From the IMG/VR virus record IMGVR_UViG_3300042569_003487, positions 1 through 64,000 of that record: a DNA stretch of 64,000 bases. One strand, given 5' to 3'. Positions 1 to 8,307 of this stretch are shown here, piece by piece. Numbering within the stretch: position 1 is the first letter of the stretch; each line of letters opens with the position of its first letter. A program made the position numbers and the translations under genes. The notes under the pieces were generated by a model. That model did not search any database. It was not told the origin of the DNA and worked only from the letters and a program-made list of their open reading frames with translations. The DNA comes from a virus.

Positions 1-277
1 TTTTAATTAAGGGTACTATCGAGACCTGGATATGGTGGGCTTCTGGATTATACAGTGCTTGTTCTTCCGTCTCCCACTTGTCCTTATCCCATAAGAGAAC
101 TGGTTTGGTCGCAGCTTCTCGACATAGTGTTTTGTATTCTATATTTAGGGTCTTAGCATCTAGCTGGACTTTAGCAATGGCATGGACTCCTTTGAGTGTT
201 GTGACAACGCTGCGCCCGCTTAGGATATCTGAATTCCAGAGTTCCACTAACCATAACCTGTCTTTCTTTGTCTTCAT
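1..277 (-). CDS. hypothetical protein, 3' end outside window (MKTKKDRLWLVELWNSDILSG...)
   Basis: Manual translation from the ATG at 277 stays open to position 1; same strand as neighbouring genes. Confidence 0.6.
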   Translation of the reverse strand, partial: MKTKKDRLWLVELWNSDILSGRSVVTTLKGVHAIAKVQLDAKTLNIEYKTLCREAATKPVLLWDKDKWETEEQALYNPEAHHIQVSIVPLIK

Positions 278-288
278 ATAATCTTATA

Positions 289-489
289 TTACCCAATCCG
301 GTTTGGGTTCTTACCTAACCATTTAAGAGCAACTCCAATTATAGGACCGCCAAAAACAAATAGTTTAAATGTTCGCGAACTAGAATAAGTAGTATCGCAT
401 ATTTGATTGGGATCTGCAGTGAGGGCAGCAAAGAATACTAGCGCCCATACGAATAGGATAATTGATCCTAAGATATAAAGCTTTGACAT
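289..489 (-). CDS. small membrane protein
   Basis: Two hydrophobic segments; tightly packed minus-strand run. Confidence 0.6.
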   Translation of the reverse strand: MSKLYILGSIILFVWALVFFAALTADPNQICDTTYSSSRTFKLFVFGGPIIGVALKWLGKNPNRIG

Positions 490-492
490 AGT

Positions 493-693
493 TTAGAATT
501 TAGAAGGTTTAGGTTTATCAGGAGTACACGCTCCCCAAAAGGTTACGATCCCCATAAGGAATGCAATAAAGCAGCAACCCATCTCGTTTTCAGGTCCTGC
601 GAAATGGATAACTCTTTGAGGAATTCCCATAATAAGAAGAAATGCTAATCCAAAAGAAAGGATTGAAATAAGGGTTAATTGTAATCTAGACAT
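493..693 (-). CDS. small membrane protein
   Basis: Two hydrophobic segments; first gene after the putative early promoter. Confidence 0.6.
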   Translation of the reverse strand: MSRLQLTLISILSFGLAFLLIMGIPQRVIHFAGPENEMGCCFIAFLMGIVTFWGACTPDKPKPSKF

Positions 694-721
694 AGTTAAT
701 TGTTTTAATGATTAATGATAT

Positions 722-762
722 GTAAATATAAACAATTTATTTGACAGTAAAAAATTTATTTT
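722..762 (-). promoter_or_regulatory. putative host-RNAP (Bacteroidetes-type) early promoter
   Basis: Minus strand reads AAATAAATTTTT...TTATATTTAC, with the same layout at 1800-1842; TATATTTA resembles the Bacteroidetes TAnnTTTG -7 box. Confidence 0.45.
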
Positions 763-773
763 AACTTTTTTTC

Positions 774-802
774 AAAAAAAAACCTGCCTTACGGGGCAGG
801 TT
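774..802 (-). terminator. rho-independent terminator
   Basis: AACCTGCC...GGCAGGTT hairpin with an A-run (U-run on minus strand), just after the gene ending at 826. Confidence 0.75.
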
Positions 803-825
803 CAAGGCTTAAAGAGTTTCTCTAC

Positions 826-1128
826 TTAGACAAGCTGAGAATTCTTGATACGACCGCGAGTCATATCGAAAGCTTTGTTTACAATTTTCGTGTTAGTGTA
901 TAGGCCACCGATAACTTCACTTGTGTAGTTAGGTGAGAATCCTGTACGTGCAGCCACTTTAACTACATCGCCTTGACGTAAGCGAGAGTTGATAACTGCT
1001 AACTTTGCCGTGTAAGGCAATTTGCGATAGGTCATTCCTATCTTGGTTTGGTTTGCTGTGTTTGACATAGTTGTCGGTTTGGTTTTAAATTTCGCAGCAA
1101 CTGCTGCAAATACTTTTGATATAGACAT
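826..1128 (-). CDS. basic, putative HTH DNA-binding protein
   Basis: HTH-like segment GDVVKVAARTGFSPNYTSEVIGG; start moved to MSISKV, downstream of the TATAAT box at 1150-1156. Confidence 0.45.
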   Translation of the reverse strand: MSISKVFAAVAAKFKTKPTTMSNTANQTKIGMTYRKLPYTAKLAVINSRLRQGDVVKVAARTGFSPNYTSEVIGGLYTNTKIVNKAFDMTRGRIKNSQLV

Positions 1129-1156
1129 AGATAATGTTAAGTTTAAGATATTATAC

Positions 1157-1384
1157 CTAATCCTTTTTCTTATTGGCACTAGCGATTGCAGTTTTAATTG
1201 CTCCTGTTCCCAAGACAGTTTTACCGATAATCATCCAGCCCATAGCCCCAACCCAAGTAATTTCGCGCAGACCTTGATCAGGACCAAGTCCGTTCCATAT
1301 TAGTTTAAGAATAAAAGCTTCTATCATGAAGCTACAAATAGCGACGAAGAGTTTACCTAACGCTTCTGATGTTTTTGAATCCAT
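1157..1384 (-). CDS. small membrane protein
   Basis: Two hydrophobic helices. Confidence 0.6.
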   Translation of the reverse strand: MDSKTSEALGKLFVAICSFMIEAFILKLIWNGLGPDQGLREITWVGAMGWMIIGKTVLGTGAIKTAIASANKKKD

Positions 1385-1501
1385 TATATCCAGTTTAATA
1401 ATTTAATTAATACTTTCGCGACAATTAAGAACGCGATAATCTTTAGGGCTAATATACCCAATTTTTCGATAGTGGAAAAGAAATCATTCATAATGATAGA
1501 T

Positions 1502-1777
1502 TTAAAGTTTACGACCTCTAGTATTACCAAGCTTTAGCTCGCTTTCTGTTATCTCGATTTGAACTACTCTAACCCCATTTGCAAAGTTGTATTTATCGAA
1601 TCGGATAAATCCTTCATTGGTAAATCTCTCTACGGTCTCTCCTTTCTTTAATGCGTCAAACTCGTCTTGTCTTAGCGAAATCTCTTGACCAGTATGGTAG
1701 CGGATAGGTTGAACATCTCGACCTGTAACTTCGCGTATAGGTTCGTGAACCGTTACTTTAAATTCTCTGTGTATCAT
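1502..1777 (-). CDS. hypothetical protein
   Basis: ORF directly downstream of the promoter motif at 1800-1842. Confidence 0.6.
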   Translation of the reverse strand: MIHREFKVTVHEPIREVTGRDVQPIRYHTGQEISLRQDEFDALKKGETVERFTNEGFIRFDKYNFANGVRVVQIEITESELKLGNTRGRKL

Positions 1778-1799
1778 AGCTTATTAATTAATTGATATA

Positions 1800-1842
1800 G
1801 TAAATATAACCAATCCGCTTGATACAAAAAAATTTATTTAAT
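1800..1842 (-). promoter_or_regulatory. putative host-RNAP (Bacteroidetes-type) early promoter
   Basis: Minus strand reads AAATAAATTTTTTG...TTATATTTAC: a TTTG -33-like box plus a TAnnTTTA -7-like box; same layout as 722-762. Confidence 0.5.
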
Positions 1843-1858
1843 AAAAGTTATTAACAAT

Positions 1859-2041
1859 CTACTCCCATACCTTGGTCGGCTCGTCCTTATCTGTAACCTG
1901 CCAGAAATTGCCGAGATTATCGCGAACAGTAAGCTTATCTGATTCAACTATCTCTACTACTCCCCGTATTGGGTAATCTATCTCTTCGAATTGCTGTAAC
2001 CATTGGATAGGATCCCCTACCCTGAATTCTTGTATCTGCAT
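1859..2041 (-). CDS. hypothetical SH3-like small protein
   Basis: FRVGDPIQW...GVVEIV beta-strand pattern. Confidence 0.5.
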   Translation of the reverse strand: MQIQEFRVGDPIQWLQQFEEIDYPIRGVVEIVESDKLTVRDNLGNFWQVTDKDEPTKVWE

Positions 2042-2047
2042 ATGTTG

Positions 2048-2353
2048 TTATAGTTTGTTTACTTCGGTTTCGCGCTTAACTCTATAGAATAGCTCGGCAG
2101 CCCATTCGTATTCTTCCCTTGCTATAGCTTCGTCTAGCGCAGCTTGACATCCATGATATAGAGCATGTAATAAGTATTCTAGGTACTCAGCACTCCAGTC
2201 TTCTTCGCCTGCAGTTCGGCCTAGATCTTCGGCTATCTTGCCTAGACATTGGCGTATCTGTTGCTGGTCTCGACCTACTCCTTCTAGGCCGGTTAGGATA
2301 CGTTCTTTAATTATCTCAGATAGGTACTCTGGCATTGCATTATCTTTAAACAT
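2048..2353 (-). CDS. hypothetical protein with C-terminal UvrB/UvrC (UVR)-like motif
   Basis: ALDEAIAREEYEWAAEL matches the UVR pattern. Confidence 0.55.
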   Translation of the reverse strand: MFKDNAMPEYLSEIIKERILTGLEGVGRDQQQIRQCLGKIAEDLGRTAGEEDWSAEYLEYLLHALYHGCQAALDEAIAREEYEWAAELFYRVKRETEVNKL

Positions 2354-2360
2354 TATAGTT

Positions 2361-2367
2361 ATTATAC
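2361..2367 (-). promoter_or_regulatory. GTATAAT (-10-like) promoter class, representative site
   Basis: GTATAAT occurs on the minus strand upstream of non-structural genes at 1150, 2361, 9627, 10325, 25111, 29501, 31697, 32296, 39934 and 40854; one-mismatch variants at about 1451, 5506, 7690, 19424, 27151, 28649, 50745 and 59695. Confidence 0.6.
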
Positions 2368-2371
2368 TAGA

Positions 2372-2820
2372 CCTGGCAGATAGGTTTAGCTGCGCAGGGG
2401 AGGTACCAGACTAGCACAGATACTGCTACCAGGACCGGCTGGAGAACAGCCCTGGTCAGCTGGCCAGGCTAGCCCAGGGGCTGATACAATACTGCTCCTG
2501 GCTGCTCCTGGGGACTGTCCCTGGCTGCCCTGGGGACCGTCCTGGCAGCTGCCCCCAGGTGACTCCAGGGGTACTCCAGGGGACTGCCAGGCTGCTCCCA
2601 GGTGACCCTGGGGGACTACCCAGGGGCTACCCCGGGGGCTATCCCTGGTATAGTTTTTTGTAGCCAGGGGGAAGCAAGCATTTTTACTTTTTTCTCTTTC
2701 CTCCCCGGCCTGGAAGCTGTGCTGGAACCTTTTTGGCTAGACGGACTTTTATCCCGAGCTTTTCCTAGGGGCATTTCTACTGGTAGAGATTTTCCCCTGG
2801 CCTGGGGCAGGTTATCCAGG
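2372..2820. repeat. GC-rich non-coding island with 23 CCWGG sites, core spaced about 11 bp apart
   Basis: CCWGG at 2372, 2429, 2451, 2464, 2474, 2497, 2507, 2520, 2529, 2541, 2555, 2565, 2576, 2587, 2598, 2607, 2620, 2644, 2664, 2709, 2796, 2801 and 2816; lies between divergent gene blocks. Confidence 0.85.
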
Positions 2821-2862
2821 TCTTTTGCCAAATAAATATCTTTATAATAATAAAGAAATACT

Positions 2863-3288
2863 ATGAACAAGATTAAATCGTTTAATGAATACCTAGTAGA
2901 GTCTGCTGATATAGCTCAGCTTGCTCAAGACCTAGGTGGTACAGTAGAACCTGTAGAGGGCCAGACAGACTGGTCAGCAGTTAGAGGTTATCTAGATGTT
3001 AACCGTGAAAAACTTAAAGAAACCCTTATAAAGATAACTGGTGATAGAATAACTGCAATGGTAGTTATTAAGGTTGCCGATATCTATGCTGAAGACAAGC
3101 GTGATGGGGTAACTCCAAATCCAGACTGGTTAGGAGAAGCTCCAATTGTAGATGAAAACACGCCAGATCTACAAGAAATGGTTAAGGTGGTTATTGCGGC
3201 TATTCAGCGTAATCTAGCTAAATCAGATCAAGCTACCCTTGCTAAGTTGAGTACTGCAGGTAAAGGGATTAAAACCAGCCGTTATTAA
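2863..3288 (+). CDS. putative internal head protein with CTS-like leader
   Basis: N-terminus MNKIKSFNEYLVE-S; ATAAATA at 2832. Confidence 0.55.
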   Translation: MNKIKSFNEYLVESADIAQLAQDLGGTVEPVEGQTDWSAVRGYLDVNREKLKETLIKITGDRITAMVVIKVADIYAEDKRDGVTPNPDWLGEAPIVDENTPDLQEMVKVVIAAIQRNLAKSDQATLAKLSTAGKGIKTSRY

Positions 3289-3291
3289 CCT

Positions 3292-3795
3292 GTGAAGTAT
3301 ATTAAACCCTATCGACTAGTAGAATCCGCAGATCCTTTCTGGACAGGCTATGAAAGACTTGTTGATCTAGGTATGATTGATATTGAAGACTGGGTCAAGA
3401 TTAAAGATGATGTTGTCCTACTCGTTAAGGAGAGGCTGGCTAGTCACTATCCTGAATTGGATGTAGAGAAACTTGCATTTGATGAGATCCGTATCTATCA
3501 AAAGGGTAAAGGCGGCAGAGATCCTTATTATAGTGTCTATATTGATAAAGGCGTTAACCATAGTTATAAATTATGGAATTGTCGCTTAATAGTTCGTTTT
3601 CAAAACGCAACTGGCAGAGCTGACAGTAGTCGTCTTATTAAGGTACCCGATTATTTCTGGACCCGACCAATCGGAGGCTATGCAGATATTCCCGATACAG
3701 TAGCACAAAGTAAGTGGATAGCTGACGAAATTATTGGGTGGATGGAAGAGGTCTTTGTACCATGGATCGGCGTTGAAGTAAAAGAACAGGACTAA
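3292..3795 (+). CDS. putative internal head protein (CTS-like leader, RLxDLG motif)
   Basis: MKYIKPYRLVE-S and ERLVDLGMI; GTG start. Confidence 0.55.
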   Translation: MKYIKPYRLVESADPFWTGYERLVDLGMIDIEDWVKIKDDVVLLVKERLASHYPELDVEKLAFDEIRIYQKGKGGRDPYYSVYIDKGVNHSYKLWNCRLIVRFQNATGRADSSRLIKVPDYFWTRPIGGYADIPDTVAQSKWIADEIIGWMEEVFVPWIGVEVKEQD

Positions 3796-3797
3796 TT

Positions 3798-4403
3798 ATG
3801 AAGTATATCACTAAATTTAGATTATGGGAATCTCAAGAAGAGGTTGATACGGCTAAACGTCTCCTAGACCTAGGCCTAATGGAACCCCAAGATTATAAAC
3901 AAAAATTACGGGAGCTTGGTTGGGACAAGCGGTATCGTAGCCAATTTGTTGAAAACCTTGAAAAGCTATTTGTGGATCTAGGTTTGGAATGGAAAAACTG
4001 GGCAACCGATCGTCAAAAAGCAAACGGTACTGTACTCCTTAAATTTAGTCCAGCTGATGCAGCCGAGTTAATCTTTACTGCAACAGTACCCCCAGGTTTA
4101 ACACCACGTCAAGAGGCCCGATTCCAGAATATTAAGGAACGTCTCCTAAAGGTAAAGCGTGAAATGGAAATGGATGTGGAAGTTAGAGGCCGACTTGCCT
4201 TTGAATACTGGATTTTCCCAGGCTCATTCCGCCCAAGCGGTCACTTTGGCGAACCTACCTCTAGCCAAACTGTTAATTTTGATGGTTCCACTGATCCTCA
4301 ACACTCAATGGCCAGATTCCTCTACCAAGTTGCTCTTGATGCAGACGCAAAGGGCTGGATCTGGAATCCTCAGCACCCCCACTATAATTTTGCACGTCGC
4401 TAA
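3798..4403 (+). CDS. putative internal head protein (CTS-like leader, RLxDLGL motif); likely paralog of 10390..11019
   Basis: MKYITKFRLWE-S, KRLLDLGLM, TDRQKANGT. Confidence 0.55.
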   Translation: MKYITKFRLWESQEEVDTAKRLLDLGLMEPQDYKQKLRELGWDKRYRSQFVENLEKLFVDLGLEWKNWATDRQKANGTVLLKFSPADAAELIFTATVPPGLTPRQEARFQNIKERLLKVKREMEMDVEVRGRLAFEYWIFPGSFRPSGHFGEPTSSQTVNFDGSTDPQHSMARFLYQVALDADAKGWIWNPQHPHYNFARR

Positions 4404-4461
4404 CCTTTGGCCTCAACCCCCTGGCGCGGGGCGCAATCGGGCGAATCTGTTGTAACTGCCT

Positions 4462-4489
4462 AAAAAAAGAGATCCGGGGATCTCTCTTT
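4462..4489. terminator. bidirectional terminator
   Basis: AAAAAAAGAGATCC-GG-GGATCTCTCTTT between convergent genes. Confidence 0.7.
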
Positions 4490-4507
4490 AAATTAAATTA
4501 GTCTCTA

Positions 4508-5173
4508 TTAAGCTTGGTGAACTGGTAACTTTGTGTTATTCACTGTCCAATTATCATCAGTAAACATTTTCTCAACATCAGCAATACTTTTCTCGCTGTG
4601 CGTTCTCCAAAAATCAACAATAGTTTTACCTTCAGTTGCCTCTTTATTAAAGGTAATTTCACCATGACCCCAAACGTCTCCTTTATCAAATCCTAACCAT
4701 TTCATTAATTTAAATGCAGCTAGCACCTGTACTGGCAATACATCTGAATCATTTGACGCAATTACCTCAACCCCTTGAGCAGTATCATTTTCAAGATCAG
4801 ATGGCGCGCCAGGCTTACGGTCTTTTTTTGCAGTACCTGCATGCCATGCAGTTAAGCCTTCTGGAAAAGTTCTAAACACCTTGCCTTCGCGATCAATAAC
4901 CCACTGTACGCCAAGATTACGATTATTTAGAATATCCACTACATCTTCAGCTTTACCTCGACCTGCAGTATGGTGAACAACAAAATATTTTTCCTTGTTT
5001 TTCATTGGACGTAGAGAGGATTGGTGTGCAGTATCAGATAAATCTTCAATGTCACCCTCAAACTCTTTAAACTCTGTGTTATCTGAGCCAAATGAAGATT
5101 TAGCAGCAACTCCGGTAAATAGTTGCGCAACATCGCTCAACCAACCTTCAAATAATTTTACGTGCTTAGCCAT
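4508..5173 (-). CDS. N-acetylmuramoyl-L-alanine amidase (Amidase_2 type) with CTS-like leader
   Basis: Zn-amidase motifs VVHHTAG, AWHAG, GVEV and GHGE; leader MAKHVKLFE-G; ATAAATA at 5195-5201. Confidence 0.8.
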   Translation of the reverse strand: MAKHVKLFEGWLSDVAQLFTGVAAKSSFGSDNTEFKEFEGDIEDLSDTAHQSSLRPMKNKEKYFVVHHTAGRGKAEDVVDILNNRNLGVQWVIDREGKVFRTFPEGLTAWHAGTAKKDRKPGAPSDLENDTAQGVEVIASNDSDVLPVQVLAAFKLMKWLGFDKGDVWGHGEITFNKEATEGKTIVDFWRTHSEKSIADVEKMFTDDNWTVNNTKLPVHQA

Positions 5174-5208
5174 TTTTAATTTGCTATTTCTTGTTATTTA
5201 TCCAAAGA

Positions 5209-5484
5209 CTATTCAGTCTCGTGGTCGTAGAATCGGGAAAACTCATTAAATGCCGATTGGTCTACCTGACCAAGGTGATCTAGTGAAAGCTCCCATCTGC
5301 CAATGGTTGAGTTGGAAATGAATAGCTCTCCATGTAGTGAATCAATTAGGGCATGCTGTTTTTCAATTAGTTCACGCTGTTCAGCAACTTGAAATTGAAT
5401 TGATGACTTGGTTTGGTGCTGCATAACGGCAATTAAAGAAACCAAAACCAGGCCAATTGTCAAGTAAATTTCTCGGGTTTTCAT
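5209..5484 (-). CDS. membrane-anchored coiled-coil protein
   Basis: N-terminal TM then heptad-like region; start moved to MKTREIY. Confidence 0.55.
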   Translation of the reverse strand: MKTREIYLTIGLVLVSLIAVMQHQTKSSIQFQVAEQRELIEKQHALIDSLHGELFISNSTIGRWELSLDHLGQVDQSAFNEFSRFYDHETE

Positions 5485-5542
5485 ATATTTAGATTTTATT
5501 GTAGTCTTATACAAGAAACCAGCTAAACAGATTTGAGTACAA

Positions 5543-5549
5543 ATAAATA
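5543..5549 (+). promoter_or_regulatory. ATAAATA late-promoter class (T4 TATAAATA-like), representative site
   Basis: ATAAATA just upstream of structural or CTS-leader genes. Plus strand: 2832, 5543, 9658, 10362, 15855, 16734, 19455, 25131, 56943. Minus strand: 5195, 23731, 24292, 34614, 38845, 42602, 46147, 49576, 56367, 59150, 60141, 63872. Confidence 0.7.
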
Positions 5550-5572
5550 ACTACAAATAAACTTAAAATTTA

Positions 5573-7165
5573 ATGGAAATTAAAAGATACCAAAATTGGT
5601 TATTTGAAAAGCAAAATCCAAAAAGCGATTGTGGCTGTTCAAACCATGGTTTTATTACTGAAAGTATTAGCTATGATGAGGTTATGGCAAACCATAATGA
5701 ATTAAATTCACAGCCGATTACCGAGGCAGGAACCCCAACTGACCCGTTTGTTGCAGGAAAGGGCGGAAGCTCTGGCGATATATTATGTCTTTATGCAGCT
5801 GGATTCTATTCAGTAGACCACACTGATGCCAAAGGTAAAACCTTTACTAATTCTGCCAAATTTAAGCCAATTATTGATAAAATGATTGCGTTTCTTAAGG
5901 CTGAACCTAAAAAATCATGGGTTTCTGAAGTAGTTATTAGGTCTAGCGAATCGATTGTTCCAAACTTTGATATGGAAAAGCAAACTGGAGCAAAAAAGAT
6001 TGGATGGCTATCAGAACAACGCAAACAAAAGATTCAAGCCTATGTTAATGGAATAATTCAACCATTAGTGGCAGATGGAACTGTTTCTAAATTGCCAACA
6101 GTTAAACTTATTTTCGAAGAGGCTAAAACCTTAACTGAACCATCTGGTGGTTGGGATAACTATCGAGCTTGGAATAAGGAAACTGACCCTGTCAAAAAAG
6201 CGGCACTGCCAAACCATGCAGAGTATTCTAAACTAAAGCAAGGTTATGATGCTGATCAAAAAACGACTGTTCAATTTAGAGTAATTCAAGATTTAGGTGC
6301 TGCCCAATGTACAGTTGGAGTTAGAATTGTAGTTAGTTACGACGATCCAAAAAATATTGGTCATGGCTGTAATTTTGCAAATTATGAAATAACTGCAAAT
6401 GGTATTCCATTAACCACAGCTGGTTCAAGTGGAGCTGGACTTCCTGGACAATCAGTTGGCGGTTGGATTCCAAAGGGAACTGCCTATGCAAGTATGAGTA
6501 ATAGCCAAGAGAATGGTGATGTTCTTTATAAGAGCGGTGCAAAGGACGCAACTTCTGGTGGTGTACGAAAAAATTTCTTTTGGCTTCACGACACAGCATT
6601 AATTAAGCGTATTGTCGCGGCAGGAGATGGAAAGTCTATAATTCTTAGAGCAAAGTGTATAGTAAATGGAGCAGGATTTGGAGGCAAGGGTGGCTGTCAT
6701 AGTGATGCACCACACGTATATGTATACTTATCAAATGGAACGCTAGCCAAAGGGTTTGAACCAAGTGATGCACATATAACTTTAAGAAATGGAGGAACTT
6801 ATCCTAAAACAAATGACGGTGTAATTGCTGAATTGGATCTATGTGGAAACAATAGAGTTGCACAAACTGCGGCTGTAGCAAGTAGCGAAAAGACAAAGGG
6901 CGCTGCACAAACTGGTCCAAAATTAACTGGAGTTAAATTATCATTTGCTGCAAAAAAGGTTGGAACATTAAACTCTGAACAAGCTCTTCAAAATTTAATG
7001 AGTAACGGCTCCGTTACTAAGCGTGCAGATAACACATATTTAGTAAATAAGGACTTTACTGCAGGTGAAGGTGATGTTAAATATATGACTGGCGATATTA
7101 TTAATAAAATTTTACCAAAGGGATCAGCCGTAACCAGACCTGCTACGCCAAACGCTCCAAAATAA
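5573..7165 (+). CDS. large Gly/Cys-rich virion-associated protein with CTS-like leader; possible OmpA-C-like segment
   Basis: MEIKRYQNWLFE-K plus further ITE-S/ITE-A sites; SSESIVPN...WLSEQRKQKIQAYV weakly resembles OmpA-C. Confidence 0.45.
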   Translation: MEIKRYQNWLFEKQNPKSDCGCSNHGFITESISYDEVMANHNELNSQPITEAGTPTDPFVAGKGGSSGDILCLYAAGFYSVDHTDAKGKTFTNSAKFKPIIDKMIAFLKAEPKKSWVSEVVIRSSESIVPNFDMEKQTGAKKIGWLSEQRKQKIQAYVNGIIQPLVADGTVSKLPTVKLIFEEAKTLTEPSGGWDNYRAWNKETDPVKKAALPNHAEYSKLKQGYDADQKTTVQFRVIQDLGAAQCTVGVRIVVSYDDPKNIGHGCNFANYEITANGIPLTTAGSSGAGLPGQSVGGWIPKGTAYASMSNSQENGDVLYKSGAKDATSGGVRKNFFWLHDTALIKRIVAAGDGKSIILRAKCIVNGAGFGGKGGCHSDAPHVYVYLSNGTLAKGFEPSDAHITLRNGGTYPKTNDGVIAELDLCGNNRVAQTAAVASSEKTKGAAQTGPKLTGVKLSFAAKKVGTLNSEQALQNLMSNGSVTKRADNTYLVNKDFTAGEGDVKYMTGDIINKILPKGSAVTRPATPNAPK

Positions 7166-7187
7166 TTAAAGCGAATCTACTTTATAC

Positions 7188-7216
7188 AAAAAAGCCCTGC
7201 AATGCAGGGCTTTTTA
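7188..7216. terminator. bidirectional terminator
   Basis: AAAAAAGCCCTGCA-A-TGCAGGGCTTTTT between convergent genes. Confidence 0.85.
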
Positions 7217-7235
7217 TTGTTATTTAGAGTTTACT

Positions 7236-7664
7236 TTATTTTATCTCAGAGATATCCCCATTATATCTAAAGGTCTTTTCCATATCGTATATTGAAAATC
7301 CAATTGAAGTTGGAGTAGCATCTAATTTAAATAAATCAATATTCCAAAATTTATTAGTAGAATCGTTAATTACAAAAAGAGAAATTGTAAAAATTTCATT
7401 GCTATTAATTAAATCAAACCCAGTATAATTTCGTAATATTCTGTACTTAGTTTCTTTACCAATCGAGTCGACTACAATAACTGAACTGTCTGTAAGTTTA
7501 GCGATAGACTTAGTGTAAAGTTGATTTCCAAATAGCATTTCTCCACTCTCTCTGCTAACAGTAATTGTTGTAAAAGTATCAAAGTTCAATTTGATTTCAG
7601 TAGTTTGCGCAAATGCTGTGATTGACGCTAAACAAGTTAAGATAGTTAAAATTTGCTTTTTCAT
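7236..7664 (-). CDS. secreted hypothetical protein
   Basis: Sec signal peptide MKKQILTILTCLASITAFA-Q with Gln at +1, common in Bacteroidetes; AAGGAG upstream. Confidence 0.65.
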   Translation of the reverse strand: MKKQILTILTCLASITAFAQTTEIKLNFDTFTTITVSRESGEMLFGNQLYTKSIAKLTDSSVIVVDSIGKETKYRILRNYTGFDLINSNEIFTISLFVINDSTNKFWNIDLFKLDATPTSIGFSIYDMEKTFRYNGDISEIK

Positions 7665-7699
7665 ATTAAATCTCCTTTAGTTTAAATTTAATATACTAA

Positions 7700-8071
7700 C
7701 TACTCTGCACTTTTAGCACGTTCATACTGCTTTAAGAATTGCCAAGTAGATTCATGTGAATAGCAGATCGGTTCTCCATTTTCATCATGTGCGCCCCACC
7801 TTTCGCCTTCAACTTTAACTAATTCCCCATCTACCTTTTTATAACTTGGGACCTGACTAAAATCCTTTTGGCCAAAGTCTGCTTCCCACATAAACCAGGT
7901 TAGCCAGTCAACACCCTCGGGCGTCCAGATTTCACCCAATAAGTTATGGATGATTTGGCTATAAGGATCAGTAAAATCTATCAGGTCAACCCCTAATTTA
8001 TTGAGTTCTTCTAATTGTCTACTTGTCTTTTGTAAACCTAGTGTTAGCTTTAAGAAATTTTCGTATGTCAT
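7700..8071 (-). CDS. hypothetical phage protein
   Basis: EGVDWLTWFMWEADFG; ATGA overlap with the upstream gene. Confidence 0.65.
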   Translation of the reverse strand: MTYENFLKLTLGLQKTSRQLEELNKLGVDLIDFTDPYSQIIHNLLGEIWTPEGVDWLTWFMWEADFGQKDFSQVPSYKKVDGELVKVEGERWGAHDENGEPICYSHESTWQFLKQYERAKSAE

Positions 8072-8307
8072 GCTTTATTATAGATTTTTTCTTCTAGAAA
8101 TTTTAAGAGTTGACGCTTTTCACCAAACGATAAGCCATCAGCCATTGCCAAATCCAATTCATCCTCAGTTGAAATATCACACAATAGATCCAGTTCTTCT
8201 TCACTGATTCTACAAGTCTCCTTAATCATGGAATCAAATAGTCCAAAGATTCCGCCGTTTCGGTCTTCTCCTAAGTAGACCCCTTTTCTTGATAGTCTAG
8301 TATTCAT
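8068..8307 (-). CDS. hypothetical protein
   Basis: Translationally coupled at both ends. Confidence 0.6.
   Translation of the reverse strand: MNTRLSRKGVYLGEDRNGGIFGLFDSMIKETCRISEEELDLLCDISTEDELDLAMADGLSFGEKRQLLKFLEEKIYNKA

Noticed and set aside
2372-2820. CRISPR array
   Set aside because: The repeat unit is only 5 bp with 4-9 bp spacers; there are no 25-40 bp direct repeats and no cas operon
2602-2870. ORFs 2602..2835 (+) and 2616..2870 (-)
   Set aside because: They overlap the GC-rich repeat island, where stop codons are naturally rare; low-complexity translations with no initiation context
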